NCBI GenBank assembly: GCA_035501175.1
Contig: DATJWQ010000046.1
Span: 9,701 to 73,700, forward strand
DNA: 64,000 nucleotides
From: Verrucomicrobiia bacterium
Lineage (GTDB): Bacteria; Verrucomicrobiota; Verrucomicrobiia; Palsa-1439
Reading direction: 5' to 3'
Part shown: piece by piece, positions 19,176 through 28,291 of the stretch
How the letters are laid out: each line of letters begins with the position of its first letter
Position numbering within the stretch: the first letter of the stretch is position 1
Position numbers and translations under genes: made by a program
Notes under the pieces: generated by a model
Database searches by the model: none
What the model saw: the letters and a program-made list of their open reading frames with translations, nothing else
What the model was told of the DNA's origin: nothing

Positions 19176-20192
19176 ATGCTTTCGATGGATATTATTGTGC
19201 CGCTGTTTAATGAGGAACTGGTCCTCACGGAATTCCACGGGCAATTGGTCCAGGCGGTTTCCAAACTACCGTGCGAGATCCGGATTCTATATGTCGATGA
19301 CGGCTCATCCGATGACACACCGGCTCTGTTGCAGAACCTGGCAAACAAGGATTCGCGCGTGGCGTTCATCAGGTTCAGCCGCAATTTTGGCCATCAGTCC
19401 GCGCTTACGGCCGGCTTGGATCACGCTGACGCCGATATTGTCATCATGATGGATGGCGACGGGCAGCATCCGCCGCAACTGATCCCGGAGATGGTCGACC
19501 AGTTCCGCGCTGGTTACGATGTGGTTCTGACTCAACGGAGCGACGAAGCCGGATTGTCATTCCTGAAGCGGAAGAATTCGCAGCTGTTTTACGGGCTCAT
19601 CAACCGCATTGGAAATACAAGGATCATTCCCGGCGCTGCCGACTTCCGCTTGCTGTCGCATCGCGCGGTAGACGCTCTCCGTCAGATGCCTGAGTATCAT
19701 CGATTCCTGCGCGGCATGGTGTCCTGGGTCGGGTTCCGAACAGCGATTCTGCCGTATACGGCTCCAGCCCGCCTCCATGGGAGCTCCAAGTATTCCCCTG
19801 GCAAGATGATGAGGCTGGCCATGGATGCCATCTTCTCGTTCTCGCTGGTGCCCCTTCAAATCGGCCTGGTTCTCGGTCTCTTGTTCTTCGTCCTGGCCGC
19901 ACTTGAAGTCATCTACGTCCTGAGCTTTTGGGTGCGGGGCAAACAAGCGTTGCTGGTGCCCGGCTGGAGCTCTTTGATGTTTGTTATACTTATCACCGGG
20001 GGGTTTCTCATGACGCTGGTCGGTCTGATCGGCAATTATGTGGGATATATTTTCCAGGAAGTGAAACATCGTCCTGTCTACGTGATTCAAACGGCGCACA
20101 TGGAGTCCCGGAGCGCACGGCCACTCCGTTCATTAGGCGAACTTCCTCGTTCACCAAAGACGTTGGAGACCCGGCCGGGCCCGCGACAATGA
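19176..20192 (+). CDS. polyprenyl-phosphate sugar synthase (GT2; GtrB/ArnC/dolichol-phosphate-mannose synthase-like) with C-terminal TM helices
   Basis: DIIVPLFNEE, YVDDGSSDDT and MDGDGQHPP motifs, plus two C-terminal TM helices, as in GtrB/ArnC. Confidence 0.8.
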   Translation: MLSMDIIVPLFNEELVLTEFHGQLVQAVSKLPCEIRILYVDDGSSDDTPALLQNLANKDSRVAFIRFSRNFGHQSALTAGLDHADADIVIMMDGDGQHPPQLIPEMVDQFRAGYDVVLTQRSDEAGLSFLKRKNSQLFYGLINRIGNTRIIPGAADFRLLSHRAVDALRQMPEYHRFLRGMVSWVGFRTAILPYTAPARLHGSSKYSPGKMMRLAMDAIFSFSLVPLQIGLVLGLLFFVLAALEVIYVLSFWVRGKQALLVPGWSSLMFVILITGGFLMTLVGLIGNYVGYIFQEVKHRPVYVIQTAHMESRSARPLRSLGELPRSPKTLETRPGPRQ

Positions 20193-21043
20193 CCACAAGC
20201 TGCCCCTGCTGTGAAGCTCGCGATTGGATCCGTCGCTGGCCCGGATTTGTTATCTGCGCCCAATGTGGCGTCATGATGTTTGAACAGCAGGTCGATCTCG
20301 CAACGTTGCGGCCGCACTACGGAACCGACTACTTCCAGGGCCACGAGTATCTGGATTATCAGGGGGACCGCGCGATCCACGAAAAGACCTTGCTGCGGCA
20401 CCTGCGCCTCGTGAAACGGTTCGTCCCCAGAGGCGAAGGGCTTTTGGAAATGGGCGCCGCTTACGGCTTCTTCTTGGAGCTGGCGCAGTCATATTATCCT
20501 GATTCCGTCGGGGTGGAGTTGTCAGCCGACGCGGCGAAGTCGGCCGTCGCGCGAGGGCTGGACGTGAGAACCGGCGATTTGCTGGAATTGGATTTTGATC
20601 GCTCTTTTGCAGCAGTCTGCTTGTGGGATACCATTGAGCATCTGCCCCATCCCTATGAGACTGTTCATCGAGCGGTAGGTCTGCTGAAGCCCGGGGGCTA
20701 TATGTTTCTGACAACCGGCGATTTTGGTGCGTGGCTACCTCGACTGCAAGGGCTTCGATGGAGACAGATTCATCCTCCCACACATTTGTTCTACTTTACT
20801 CGCCGATCCTTGGACCGTTTATGCCTGCGTTGCGGTCTTGTTGTGCTGGAGTTCGGCACCGTGAGTGTTTTCCGCAGGCTGCGATCCTCGTTGAGATCTC
20901 TCGACCAGTTTCATGCAAACACCTTGCCCGGCCGACTTGCCAAAGCTGCTCTACGGATCCTCCCCGGCCGACTGCTGGATTGTGGCTTCCCGCTGAATCT
21001 GGGAGACACGATGTTCTTGGTGGCCCAAAAGCCCGTTCTTTAG
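20189..21043 (+). CDS. class I SAM-dependent methyltransferase with an N-terminal Zn-ribbon
   Basis: ATG overlaps the upstream stop (ATGA). CPCCEA...CAQCG zinc ribbon; LEMGAAYGFF and LWDTIEHLPHP methyltransferase motifs. Confidence 0.7.
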   Translation: MTTSCPCCEARDWIRRWPGFVICAQCGVMMFEQQVDLATLRPHYGTDYFQGHEYLDYQGDRAIHEKTLLRHLRLVKRFVPRGEGLLEMGAAYGFFLELAQSYYPDSVGVELSADAAKSAVARGLDVRTGDLLELDFDRSFAAVCLWDTIEHLPHPYETVHRAVGLLKPGGYMFLTTGDFGAWLPRLQGLRWRQIHPPTHLFYFTRRSLDRLCLRCGLVVLEFGTVSVFRRLRSSLRSLDQFHANTLPGRLAKAALRILPGRLLDCGFPLNLGDTMFLVAQKPVL

Positions 21044-21116
21044 GTTGGCGGCACTTGGCGACAGGACGCTTTTGCTTGCCACGTCCGATTGATTCCAAGA
21101 ACATGAGCCAGACTGC

Positions 21117-22127
21117 ATGATACCCGAACCCAAGTGTTCCAATGAGGAGTTTGTCGAGTTTTGCTACCAGAGGGTGCTCCGTCGGGCCAGCGACCCGCAG
21201 GGACGTGAGGAAAAGATCGCGGCTCTGAATCGCGGACTGTCCCGACTCGATCTGCTGCTGCAGTTCTTGGACTGTCCCGAGTTTCTCTCCCGGGCATCCG
21301 AGTGGGTTCCGCCCGGCCACTTCTATTCGCCCATTCCCAACCTGCAGGACATTGCCGACCGGCTCAAGGATCTTCGGCTCGACGCTCAGGCATGCCCGAA
21401 TCTCGACATGCGGGACAACGAGCAAGTCCGCCTGCTCAATGCCCTTGCCGCCTATTACCCGGACCAGCCGTTTTCTGCAAAGCCATCAGCTCCGCTCCGG
21501 TATTATTTCGACAATGATTCCTTCCCATACGGCGACGCACTGGTTCTGTATGCGATGCTGCGGCACTTCAAACCCTCGCAAATCATTGAAATCGGCTCGG
21601 GGTATTCATCGGCAGTGATGCTGGACACCAACGACTTGTTTTTGGAGGGGAGCATCCGGCTCACGTTCATCGAACCCTACCCGCAACGGTTGTACGGCCT
21701 GTTGAGTGAAGACGACAAAGGGCACCACCGCGTTGTGGAACAGCCGGTTCAGAAAATGCCGGTGGCGGTGTTCCGTGAACTCAAGGCCGGAGATATCCTG
21801 TTTGTGGACTCCACCCATGTTGCCAAGTGCAACAGTGATGTGTTGTATGTTTTCTTCGAGATTATCCCCTCCCTGGCGGACGGTGTACTGATTCATTTTC
21901 ACGACATCTTCTGGCCGTTCGAATACCCCGCCAAATGGCTGCAGGAAGGCCGGGCGTGGAACGAGGCGTACTTCCTTCGAACGTTTCTGGAATACAATCA
22001 CAGATTCCAGGTTGTCTATGGCAGCAGCTACATGGCGCACTTTCATTCGGATCTTCTCCAGGAGAAAATGCCCCTGGTCATGCGCAACACTGGTGGGAGT
22101 TTCTGGTTGAAGAAGTTGCCCGCTTGA
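21117..22127 (+). CDS. DUF4214-like N-terminal domain fused to a TylF/CmcI-type class I methyltransferase (likely sugar O-methyltransferase)
   Basis: N-terminus EFVEFCYQRVLRRASDPQGREEKIAALNRG resembles DUF4214. IIEIGSGYSS and DILFVDSTHV resemble the Methyltransf_24 (macrocin O-methyltransferase) family. Confidence 0.6.
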   Translation: MIPEPKCSNEEFVEFCYQRVLRRASDPQGREEKIAALNRGLSRLDLLLQFLDCPEFLSRASEWVPPGHFYSPIPNLQDIADRLKDLRLDAQACPNLDMRDNEQVRLLNALAAYYPDQPFSAKPSAPLRYYFDNDSFPYGDALVLYAMLRHFKPSQIIEIGSGYSSAVMLDTNDLFLEGSIRLTFIEPYPQRLYGLLSEDDKGHHRVVEQPVQKMPVAVFRELKAGDILFVDSTHVAKCNSDVLYVFFEIIPSLADGVLIHFHDIFWPFEYPAKWLQEGRAWNEAYFLRTFLEYNHRFQVVYGSSYMAHFHSDLLQEKMPLVMRNTGGSFWLKKLPA

Positions 22128-22220
22128 CCGCCGTCGGCAAGCCGCTTTCGGCTTGCTTTCACCTTGTACCTCGGTAAACCATTCCGGTCACAGCGGTTTG
22201 GAGGAGGAACAAGGTCGGCC

Positions 22221-22787
22221 ATGCAAATGCGCAAGCAATCAACGGGGATTCGCGACTGCGAAGTGCTGATGCCCGAGGTGTTCGAAGATGCGCGAGGATT
22301 TTTCCTCGAGGTGTTTCGCGCGGATCAGTTCCGGGAATTCGGGCTGCCCGAACGATTTCAGCAATGGAATCATTCCCGCTCGTGCCAGAACGTCGTGCGC
22401 GGCCTGCATTTCCAGACCGATCCACCGATGGCCAAGATGATGCGTGTGACGCTTGGCGAGGCGTTTGTGGTCGCGGTGGATATCCGCAAGAACTCGCCAA
22501 CGCTGGGGCAGCATTTTGCGACCATTGCCTCGGCGGATAACAAGAAGATGGTTTACGCACCCCCGGGATTCGCCCGCGGGTTTGCCGTTCTCTCCGACTA
22601 TGCAGAGGTCCAATACCTGTGCACGAGCATTTACAACGTCAAGACGGAGTCGGGCATCCGCTGGAATGATCCGGCGCTGGCCATCCCGTGGCCCGTAACG
22701 AACCCGATCTTGTCGGGGAAGGATGAGAAGGCGCAGACGTTGGCGGAATGGTTGAAGCGCCCCGAATCGAATGCGTTCGTCTATTGA
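22221..22787 (+). CDS. dTDP-4-dehydrorhamnose 3,5-epimerase family protein (RmlC-like cupin)
   Basis: ATG preceded by GAGGAGGA ribosome-binding site. Motifs FFLEVFR, RGLHFQ and YAPPGFARGFAVLSD match the RmlC fold. Confidence 0.7.
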   Translation: MQMRKQSTGIRDCEVLMPEVFEDARGFFLEVFRADQFREFGLPERFQQWNHSRSCQNVVRGLHFQTDPPMAKMMRVTLGEAFVVAVDIRKNSPTLGQHFATIASADNKKMVYAPPGFARGFAVLSDYAEVQYLCTSIYNVKTESGIRWNDPALAIPWPVTNPILSGKDEKAQTLAEWLKRPESNAFVY

Positions 22788-22882
22788 GGAGATCAAGTGC
22801 GCTTGTGAATGTGTCCGAGCAAACACCGGTGTGGACAGTGAATCGCGCAACGGGCCAGCCAGTCTCTCTGGTCCGTCTGCTG

Positions 22883-23686
22883 ATGCCGTGGCAAATGGTC
22901 CATGATCTGCGCCGGCACAGCTCGTTGATCTGGCAATTCACCAAGCGCGACGTGCTGATGCGTTACCGCGGATCGTATCTGGGCATCTTGTGGTCGCTGT
23001 TGCGTCCGCTCTGTATGCTGGCGGTGTTCTTCGTCGTGTTCGGCTACATCTTTCAGTCGCGGTGGGGCCACGACCAGAACGAGACCCGCATCGACTACGC
23101 GCTGGGATTGTTCTGCGGTCTGATCGCCTTTGATTTCATGGCCGAATGCCTCGCCCGGGCGCCGACTCTCGTCCTGTCGAACCCGAACTACGTGACCCGG
23201 GTGGTGTTCCCGGTCGAGATTCTGCCCGTGTCCGCCGTCGGCGGGGCGCTGTTGCACATGGTGCTCAGTTCGATCCCGTTGTGTTTGGGATACCTCTTCG
23301 TGCACGGCTCGCTGCACCTGACGGCGCTGTATCTGCCGCTGATTTTCATTCCGTTGGCGCTTTTGGGGCTGGGACTGACATGGCTGTTTGCCAGCCTCGG
23401 GGTGTTCATTCGTGACATCAATTCATTCGTGCCCGTGCTGATCACGATTCTGATGTACGCCAGTGCGATCTTCTATCCGATCAGCCGGGTGCCCGCGGCA
23501 ATGCTGCCCGCGGTGATCCACAATCCGCTGGCCGTATTGGTGGAGAACACGCGCAACGTGTTTATGTGGGGGATGCCATTGAACTGGGGGCAGTACCTGT
23601 CCGCGACGCTGCTCTGCCTTGTCATCATGTTGTTCGGCTACGGGTTCTTTATGAAGACCAAGAACGCGTTCGCGGACGTGGTTTAG
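22883..23686 (+). CDS. wzm: ABC-2 type polysaccharide export permease (Wzm/KpsM/TagG family)
   Basis: N-terminal LIWQFTKRDVLMRYRGSYLGILWSLLRPL motif followed by six TM helices. The start could be an upstream GTG at 22805. Confidence 0.8.
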   Translation: MPWQMVHDLRRHSSLIWQFTKRDVLMRYRGSYLGILWSLLRPLCMLAVFFVVFGYIFQSRWGHDQNETRIDYALGLFCGLIAFDFMAECLARAPTLVLSNPNYVTRVVFPVEILPVSAVGGALLHMVLSSIPLCLGYLFVHGSLHLTALYLPLIFIPLALLGLGLTWLFASLGVFIRDINSFVPVLITILMYASAIFYPISRVPAAMLPAVIHNPLAVLVENTRNVFMWGMPLNWGQYLSATLLCLVIMLFGYGFFMKTKNAFADVV

Positions 23687-24423
23687 CGGGCCGGGCCGCT
23701 GCGCACGATCACGCCGTCTTTCATTTCGTGGATGAAATCGCTGGAGCGCGCAACCAGCGGGTTGTGCGTGGCCAGCAGGAGCGCTTTCTGTTCGCGTTTT
23801 ACCAGCTCGGTCAGCAACCGGAACACGCGCTCCGAGTTTTCCGTGTCGAGATTACCGGTCGGCTCGTCTGCGAGGAGGATTCTGGGGTCGTTGGCCAGCG
23901 ACCGGGCGATGGCCACGCGCTGTTGTTCGCCACCGGACAAGTGGTTGGCCAGACGATCAAGTTTGTTGCCGAGTCCCACCGCGTCGAGGAGCATCCCCGC
24001 CCGCTCTCGCATTTCTTTCCCGCTTAATCGACCGAGACGGCGCATGGGGATCATCACGTTTTCTGCCGCGGTGAACTCGTTCATGAGGAAATGGAACTGG
24101 AAGACGAACCCGATCAATTCGTTTCGCTTGGCCGAGAGTTCGTGGTCGGGCAGGTCCGAAACATCCTCGCCGCCGATGGCAATTGTGCCTTCATCGGGCG
24201 TGTCCAGCAGGCCGAGCACGTACAGCAAGGTGCTTTTCCCGCAGCCGGACGGGCCGACAATAGAATGAACCGATCCGACACCGACCTCCAGCGTGATTCC
24301 GCGCAACACGTGGACGCGCGACTCGAATTCGCCCAGGTAACGGTGCAATCCGCGGCACGCCAGCGGCGCAGGGGGAGCCGCAACGGAGGTTGGATCAACG
24401 GTGGATGGGCTCCTGTCGGTCAT
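23683..24423 (-). CDS. ABC transporter ATP-binding protein (LolD/MacB/FtsE-like)
   Basis: Walker A GPSGCGKST, signature LSGGEQQRVAIARSL, Walker B ILLADEPTGNLD. Start placed at the internal Met; the ORF extends to 24507. Confidence 0.85.
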   Translation of the reverse strand: MTDRSPSTVDPTSVAAPPAPLACRGLHRYLGEFESRVHVLRGITLEVGVGSVHSIVGPSGCGKSTLLYVLGLLDTPDEGTIAIGGEDVSDLPDHELSAKRNELIGFVFQFHFLMNEFTAAENVMIPMRRLGRLSGKEMRERAGMLLDAVGLGNKLDRLANHLSGGEQQRVAIARSLANDPRILLADEPTGNLDTENSERVFRLLTELVKREQKALLLATHNPLVARSSDFIHEMKDGVIVRSGPAR

Positions 24424-24433
24424 GGCAGTTGTC

Positions 24434-25681
24434 TCATTGGCCCGAACCTCGCAGAATAGTGACGGGCGCGAGCGTCGCCGCGCGCCGCGCGGGGAAATAG
24501 CTGGCAATGAACACGCCTACGAACGCGATGGCGATGGCAGCGACGTAGTGGTGCCAACTCCAGTACACGAGGAAATGGTCGGTCGCAAAGAAGCCGCGGA
24601 CGCGGACGGGAATGCGCGAGACACCCCAGGTCAGGAGAGCGCCGAGAATGCAGCCGGCCGTCGACCCGATCACGGCGATCAGCAGGCCCTGCCACAGGAA
24701 TATCGCGCTGATATCCGACCGCTGGTAGCCCATCGACCGCAAGATCGCGATCTCGCGCACTTTTTCCAGCACCATGAGCGTGAGGATGTTGAAGATGCCG
24801 AACCCGGCCAGAACGATGATCGTCGACACCGTGATGGCTGCCGAATACCGGATCGCCTTGAAGATTTCCAGATTGCCGCGCTCCCGCTCCTGCCAACTGC
24901 GCGAGCGGTGCTGCAGCAATTCCTCGAGATGCGCGGCCAGTTGCGGCGCGCGATCGACGTCGCGGAGCTTGACGATGATGTAGGACACTTCCGACGGCCT
25001 GTTCAGCAGGCTCTGAGCAACGCGCAAATGGACGTACCCCCGCCTCTCATCGATCATGTTGTCGCCGGTGCGGAAGATGCCGCTGACATCGAAATTGCGC
25101 GTCTCACCATTGGCGCCCAGGATCGAGACCGTGTCGCCGACCTGGAGGTTGAGTTTTTGCGCCAGCAACACGCCGACAAGCAGCCCCGAAGCCTTCTGGC
25201 GAAAGGCGTTGAGATCGCCATCGATCAAATAGCTGCGCAGATTGGTCGCCCGAAGTTGCGCGTCCAAATCGATCCCCTGCAACCGAAACACCTCGCTGCG
25301 AAAATCGATTTGCAGGCTCGCGCTGTCTTCCAATACAGGCGCGCAGGCGATCACGTTGGAGAATTCCTGAATCGCGCGCATGACCTGATCGGCGTCGGTG
25401 ATTCCGGGGTAGTATTTCCTCGGTCGCTCGTTCTTCAGGCTGACAAGGGCATTTCCCTCATCCTGCAACGCGCCCGAGTAGCGGTCCTGGAAGCGGTCCT
25501 GCACGACGATGGCTCCCGATGTTCCCAGCACGGTTTGGATGTAGAACCGCTCGAATCCCTGGGTCTGCGCCTGGGTGCAAATGAAAAACGCCACGCCGAG
25601 GACGATGCCACCGAGGCTGAGGATGATCGCCTTCTTGCGATGGCCGATGAAGCGGAGGGCGATATACAGCGGCGAAGGCAT
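24434..25681 (-). CDS. ABC transporter permease, FtsX/MacB-like (four TM helices plus a large periplasmic domain)
   Basis: MacB_PCD-like periplasmic domain between TM1 and TM2; C-terminal FtsX-type helices. The ORF extends to 25783. Confidence 0.8.
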   Translation of the reverse strand: MPSPLYIALRFIGHRKKAIILSLGGIVLGVAFFICTQAQTQGFERFYIQTVLGTSGAIVVQDRFQDRYSGALQDEGNALVSLKNERPRKYYPGITDADQVMRAIQEFSNVIACAPVLEDSASLQIDFRSEVFRLQGIDLDAQLRATNLRSYLIDGDLNAFRQKASGLLVGVLLAQKLNLQVGDTVSILGANGETRNFDVSGIFRTGDNMIDERRGYVHLRVAQSLLNRPSEVSYIIVKLRDVDRAPQLAAHLEELLQHRSRSWQERERGNLEIFKAIRYSAAITVSTIIVLAGFGIFNILTLMVLEKVREIAILRSMGYQRSDISAIFLWQGLLIAVIGSTAGCILGALLTWGVSRIPVRVRGFFATDHFLVYWSWHHYVAAIAIAFVGVFIASYFPARRAATLAPVTILRGSGQ

Positions 25682-25688
25682 GGCCACG

Positions 25689-26810
25689 CTACATGTTTCG
25701 GGGGGGGATGGCCCGAACCCGCTGGCCCGGACGGAACAGGTCCTGATCGGCGATGATGACCTGTTCTCCGTCGCGGAGGCCATCGAGAACTTCGGAGAGA
25801 TCCAAATTGTGGAAGCCGATCTTCACATCGCGGGGACTGACGATGTCGTCTTTGACCACGAGCACGCGTCCGCCGAGGACGGCGCTCGAGGGGATGATGA
25901 GGGTGTTCTCGCGCTGGCCCGCGATGACGTTCATCTCTCCCGTCATGCCCGCCATGAGATTGGCGGGGGCTTTATCCAGCGTCAGAGTCACGGTATAGCG
26001 CTCGTTGTTGGCCGTGGGCAGAATCTGCGAGACGGTGGCCATCAAATTCGTATCGGGGTAGGAGTACAGTCTGACGGCGGCCTTCATTTTCGGCGCGATC
26101 AGGCCGACATCCTCCTCATTGATCTGGCCTTCGAGATAGTTTGATTTCGTCGAGACGATGAACGGAATTGAGCCTTCGCCAATAAACTCGCCATCGGCGC
26201 AGCCGAGGGATTCCAAATAGCCGGTCAGCGGCGAGGTGATGAGACATCGCGCCTTGCGATCCTGCAAGACGCCCGCCTGCTCCCGCAAGACGGACACCGC
26301 CCGATCGAGTTCGACCTGCTCGGTGCGCACGCGATCGCGGAGGGTTTGAACGGTGCTGCGCTCGCGGTCGACATCGGTGGCGGGAACGTTTTGCGATTGC
26401 GCGAGTTTCTCGAGCCGGGCGAGTTGCGCTTCGTTATTGCCAAGCTCCGGCTGGCTGGGAGGACCGAGCTGCTGCTTTTCCTCGGCGGCTTTGAGTTCGG
26501 TCTCGGCGTTGGCGAGTTCGCGTTCGAGGTCTTCATCCACGATGGTGCCCAGCAGTTCGCCCTGCCTGACCTCCAGCCCGACCACGGCGTTTTTCGCGAT
26601 CCGGTCAGCCAGATGCATGACACCGCTGGTGCGCGCGCGAAGATTCAGGGTCACGGACGCCACGACTTTGACGGTGCCGTAGACGGCCGAAACCGCCCTG
26701 CCTCGCCGGGCGACGTAGACCTCCGCCACGGGCCGCGATGACCACACGCCATAGAAAACCGCGACGACCGCGCAGGCGACCACCGTTGTCAGAATCACGG
26801 GCTTTTTCAT
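25689..26810 (-). CDS. HlyD/MacA-family periplasmic adaptor (membrane fusion protein)
   Basis: N-terminal TM anchor, long coiled-coil hairpin and beta-barrel/lipoyl-type segments typical of membrane fusion proteins. Adjacent to the ABC pump genes. Confidence 0.8.
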   Translation of the reverse strand: MKKPVILTTVVACAVVAVFYGVWSSRPVAEVYVARRGRAVSAVYGTVKVVASVTLNLRARTSGVMHLADRIAKNAVVGLEVRQGELLGTIVDEDLERELANAETELKAAEEKQQLGPPSQPELGNNEAQLARLEKLAQSQNVPATDVDRERSTVQTLRDRVRTEQVELDRAVSVLREQAGVLQDRKARCLITSPLTGYLESLGCADGEFIGEGSIPFIVSTKSNYLEGQINEEDVGLIAPKMKAAVRLYSYPDTNLMATVSQILPTANNERYTVTLTLDKAPANLMAGMTGEMNVIAGQRENTLIIPSSAVLGGRVLVVKDDIVSPRDVKIGFHNLDLSEVLDGLRDGEQVIIADQDLFRPGQRVRAIPPRNM

Positions 26811-26863
26811 GTGGAAGACAACGTCGCGATACTAATCGTGGGCCCGTGCCAACACAAGCGCCG

Positions 26864-28291
26864 TCATGGAGCGTTTTCGGAATGAAACTGCAGGTAGCGA
26901 CCCATGACCCGGTCCAGATTCGCCCGGGCGACCTCATGTACATACGTGGCGTCCGCGACGCCGGCGCGGACCGAGAGCAAATCCGTCTGCGCCTTGAGGA
27001 AATCCAGTTGCGTGGCCTGGCCGAGCCGAATCTGTGCTTCAATCAGTTTCAGGTTTTCTTCGGCTGCCGTGGCGGACTTGGCGAGCGCATCGTGCCGAGC
27101 TTCGGCCGTCTGGAGCGCATTCTTGACGGCGACAAGTTCACGCGGGATGTCCTGTTGAAGCTTGCGACGGTCGATCACGTACTCCTGGCGGATGGCTTCA
27201 AGCTGATGGCTGGCGCCCGTGATCTGGCCGTTATCGATGACCTGCCAGCTCAAGGCGACGCCGACGCGCCCCTCGGACGATTCGGTTTGCTGCCCGACAA
27301 CGATCTGGGTTTGACGGGTGAGCAGATAGTTCTCCGGGATGAACAACGCCGAGCCGATGAGGGAGATGACCGGGAAATAGCCCGCCTCGGTGCTCTGTTT
27401 GTCCGCGGCGGTGGCATCCACCAGCGCGTCCAGCAGTTTCAAATCGGCCCGGTGCGCCAATGCGTAGGCGGATTCCCGGGAGAGGTCCACGGTCACCGGC
27501 GCGTATTCCATGTCACCGACCGGCTTCGGGAACCACAATTGTCCCGGGTTCCCGGTGTCGTCTTTCAGGTTGAGACCGCACAGGTCGTCGATACGCGTCA
27601 GCGTGGTGACATATTCACCGCGCAGGTTCGACAGCGTCAGCGCCAGATTGAGCTTCTGGACGTTGGCCGAGGCCACCGCCTGCTTTGTGCCAGTGCCGGC
27701 ATCCAGCCGCTGCTGTTCGCTGGTGACATTGGCGTCGAGTTGCCGGGCGATCTCTTCGTGAATCCGAATCAGATCGCGCAAATAAAGCGCGCGAAGGAAC
27801 GCGACGCGGGCATCGTAGAGGCGGTCGGTGACCTCGCGGTTGAGGTTTTGCTGGGCAATGACAATCTCGAGTCTCCCGCGGCGGAGGGAGGACGGAATCC
27901 CGAGGTCGATCAGCGGCTGGGAGAATTGGGCGGACACCGCGCTGAATAGCGTGGGATTGAATTCGCGGGATCGATTGGTCGATATGACGCCGGTGTCGGG
28001 GTCCTTTCTGGTGTCTGGCCCGTTGTACAGGTTGCCTCCGCGCAGGCCGGCGGTCAGGGACCCATTGAGCTGCGGGAGCGCGCGGGAGCGGTCGACGATT
28101 TGTGTCCCGGCGGCGCGGTCCACTTCTTTTTGCAACTGTTGGATTTCGGGAGATCGTCGAAAGGCCTGGGCGAGGCAATCGTCCAGTGTCAGGTCATGGG
28201 TCGGCGTTTGCTGTTCGAGTTGCCCGACAACCGATGAGGTCGTACCGGCGACCAGAAGGATGCTCCCGACGACACAGCACCACCGTCTCAT
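26864..28291 (-). CDS. TolC-family outer membrane efflux protein
   Basis: Signal peptide; two repeated halves with the alpha-helical/beta-barrel pattern of the outer-membrane factor family (N-terminal TLDDCLAQAFRRSPEIQ). Confidence 0.8.
   Translation of the reverse strand: MRRWCCVVGSILLVAGTTSSVVGQLEQQTPTHDLTLDDCLAQAFRRSPEIQQLQKEVDRAAGTQIVDRSRALPQLNGSLTAGLRGGNLYNGPDTRKDPDTGVISTNRSREFNPTLFSAVSAQFSQPLIDLGIPSSLRRGRLEIVIAQQNLNREVTDRLYDARVAFLRALYLRDLIRIHEEIARQLDANVTSEQQRLDAGTGTKQAVASANVQKLNLALTLSNLRGEYVTTLTRIDDLCGLNLKDDTGNPGQLWFPKPVGDMEYAPVTVDLSRESAYALAHRADLKLLDALVDATAADKQSTEAGYFPVISLIGSALFIPENYLLTRQTQIVVGQQTESSEGRVGVALSWQVIDNGQITGASHQLEAIRQEYVIDRRKLQQDIPRELVAVKNALQTAEARHDALAKSATAAEENLKLIEAQIRLGQATQLDFLKAQTDLLSVRAGVADATYVHEVARANLDRVMGRYLQFHSENAP

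Noticed and set aside
24401-25756. 451-aa plus-strand ORF opposite the FtsX permease gene
   Set aside because: Asp/Arg/Ala-rich antisense frame; the minus-strand gene has the expected permease architecture.
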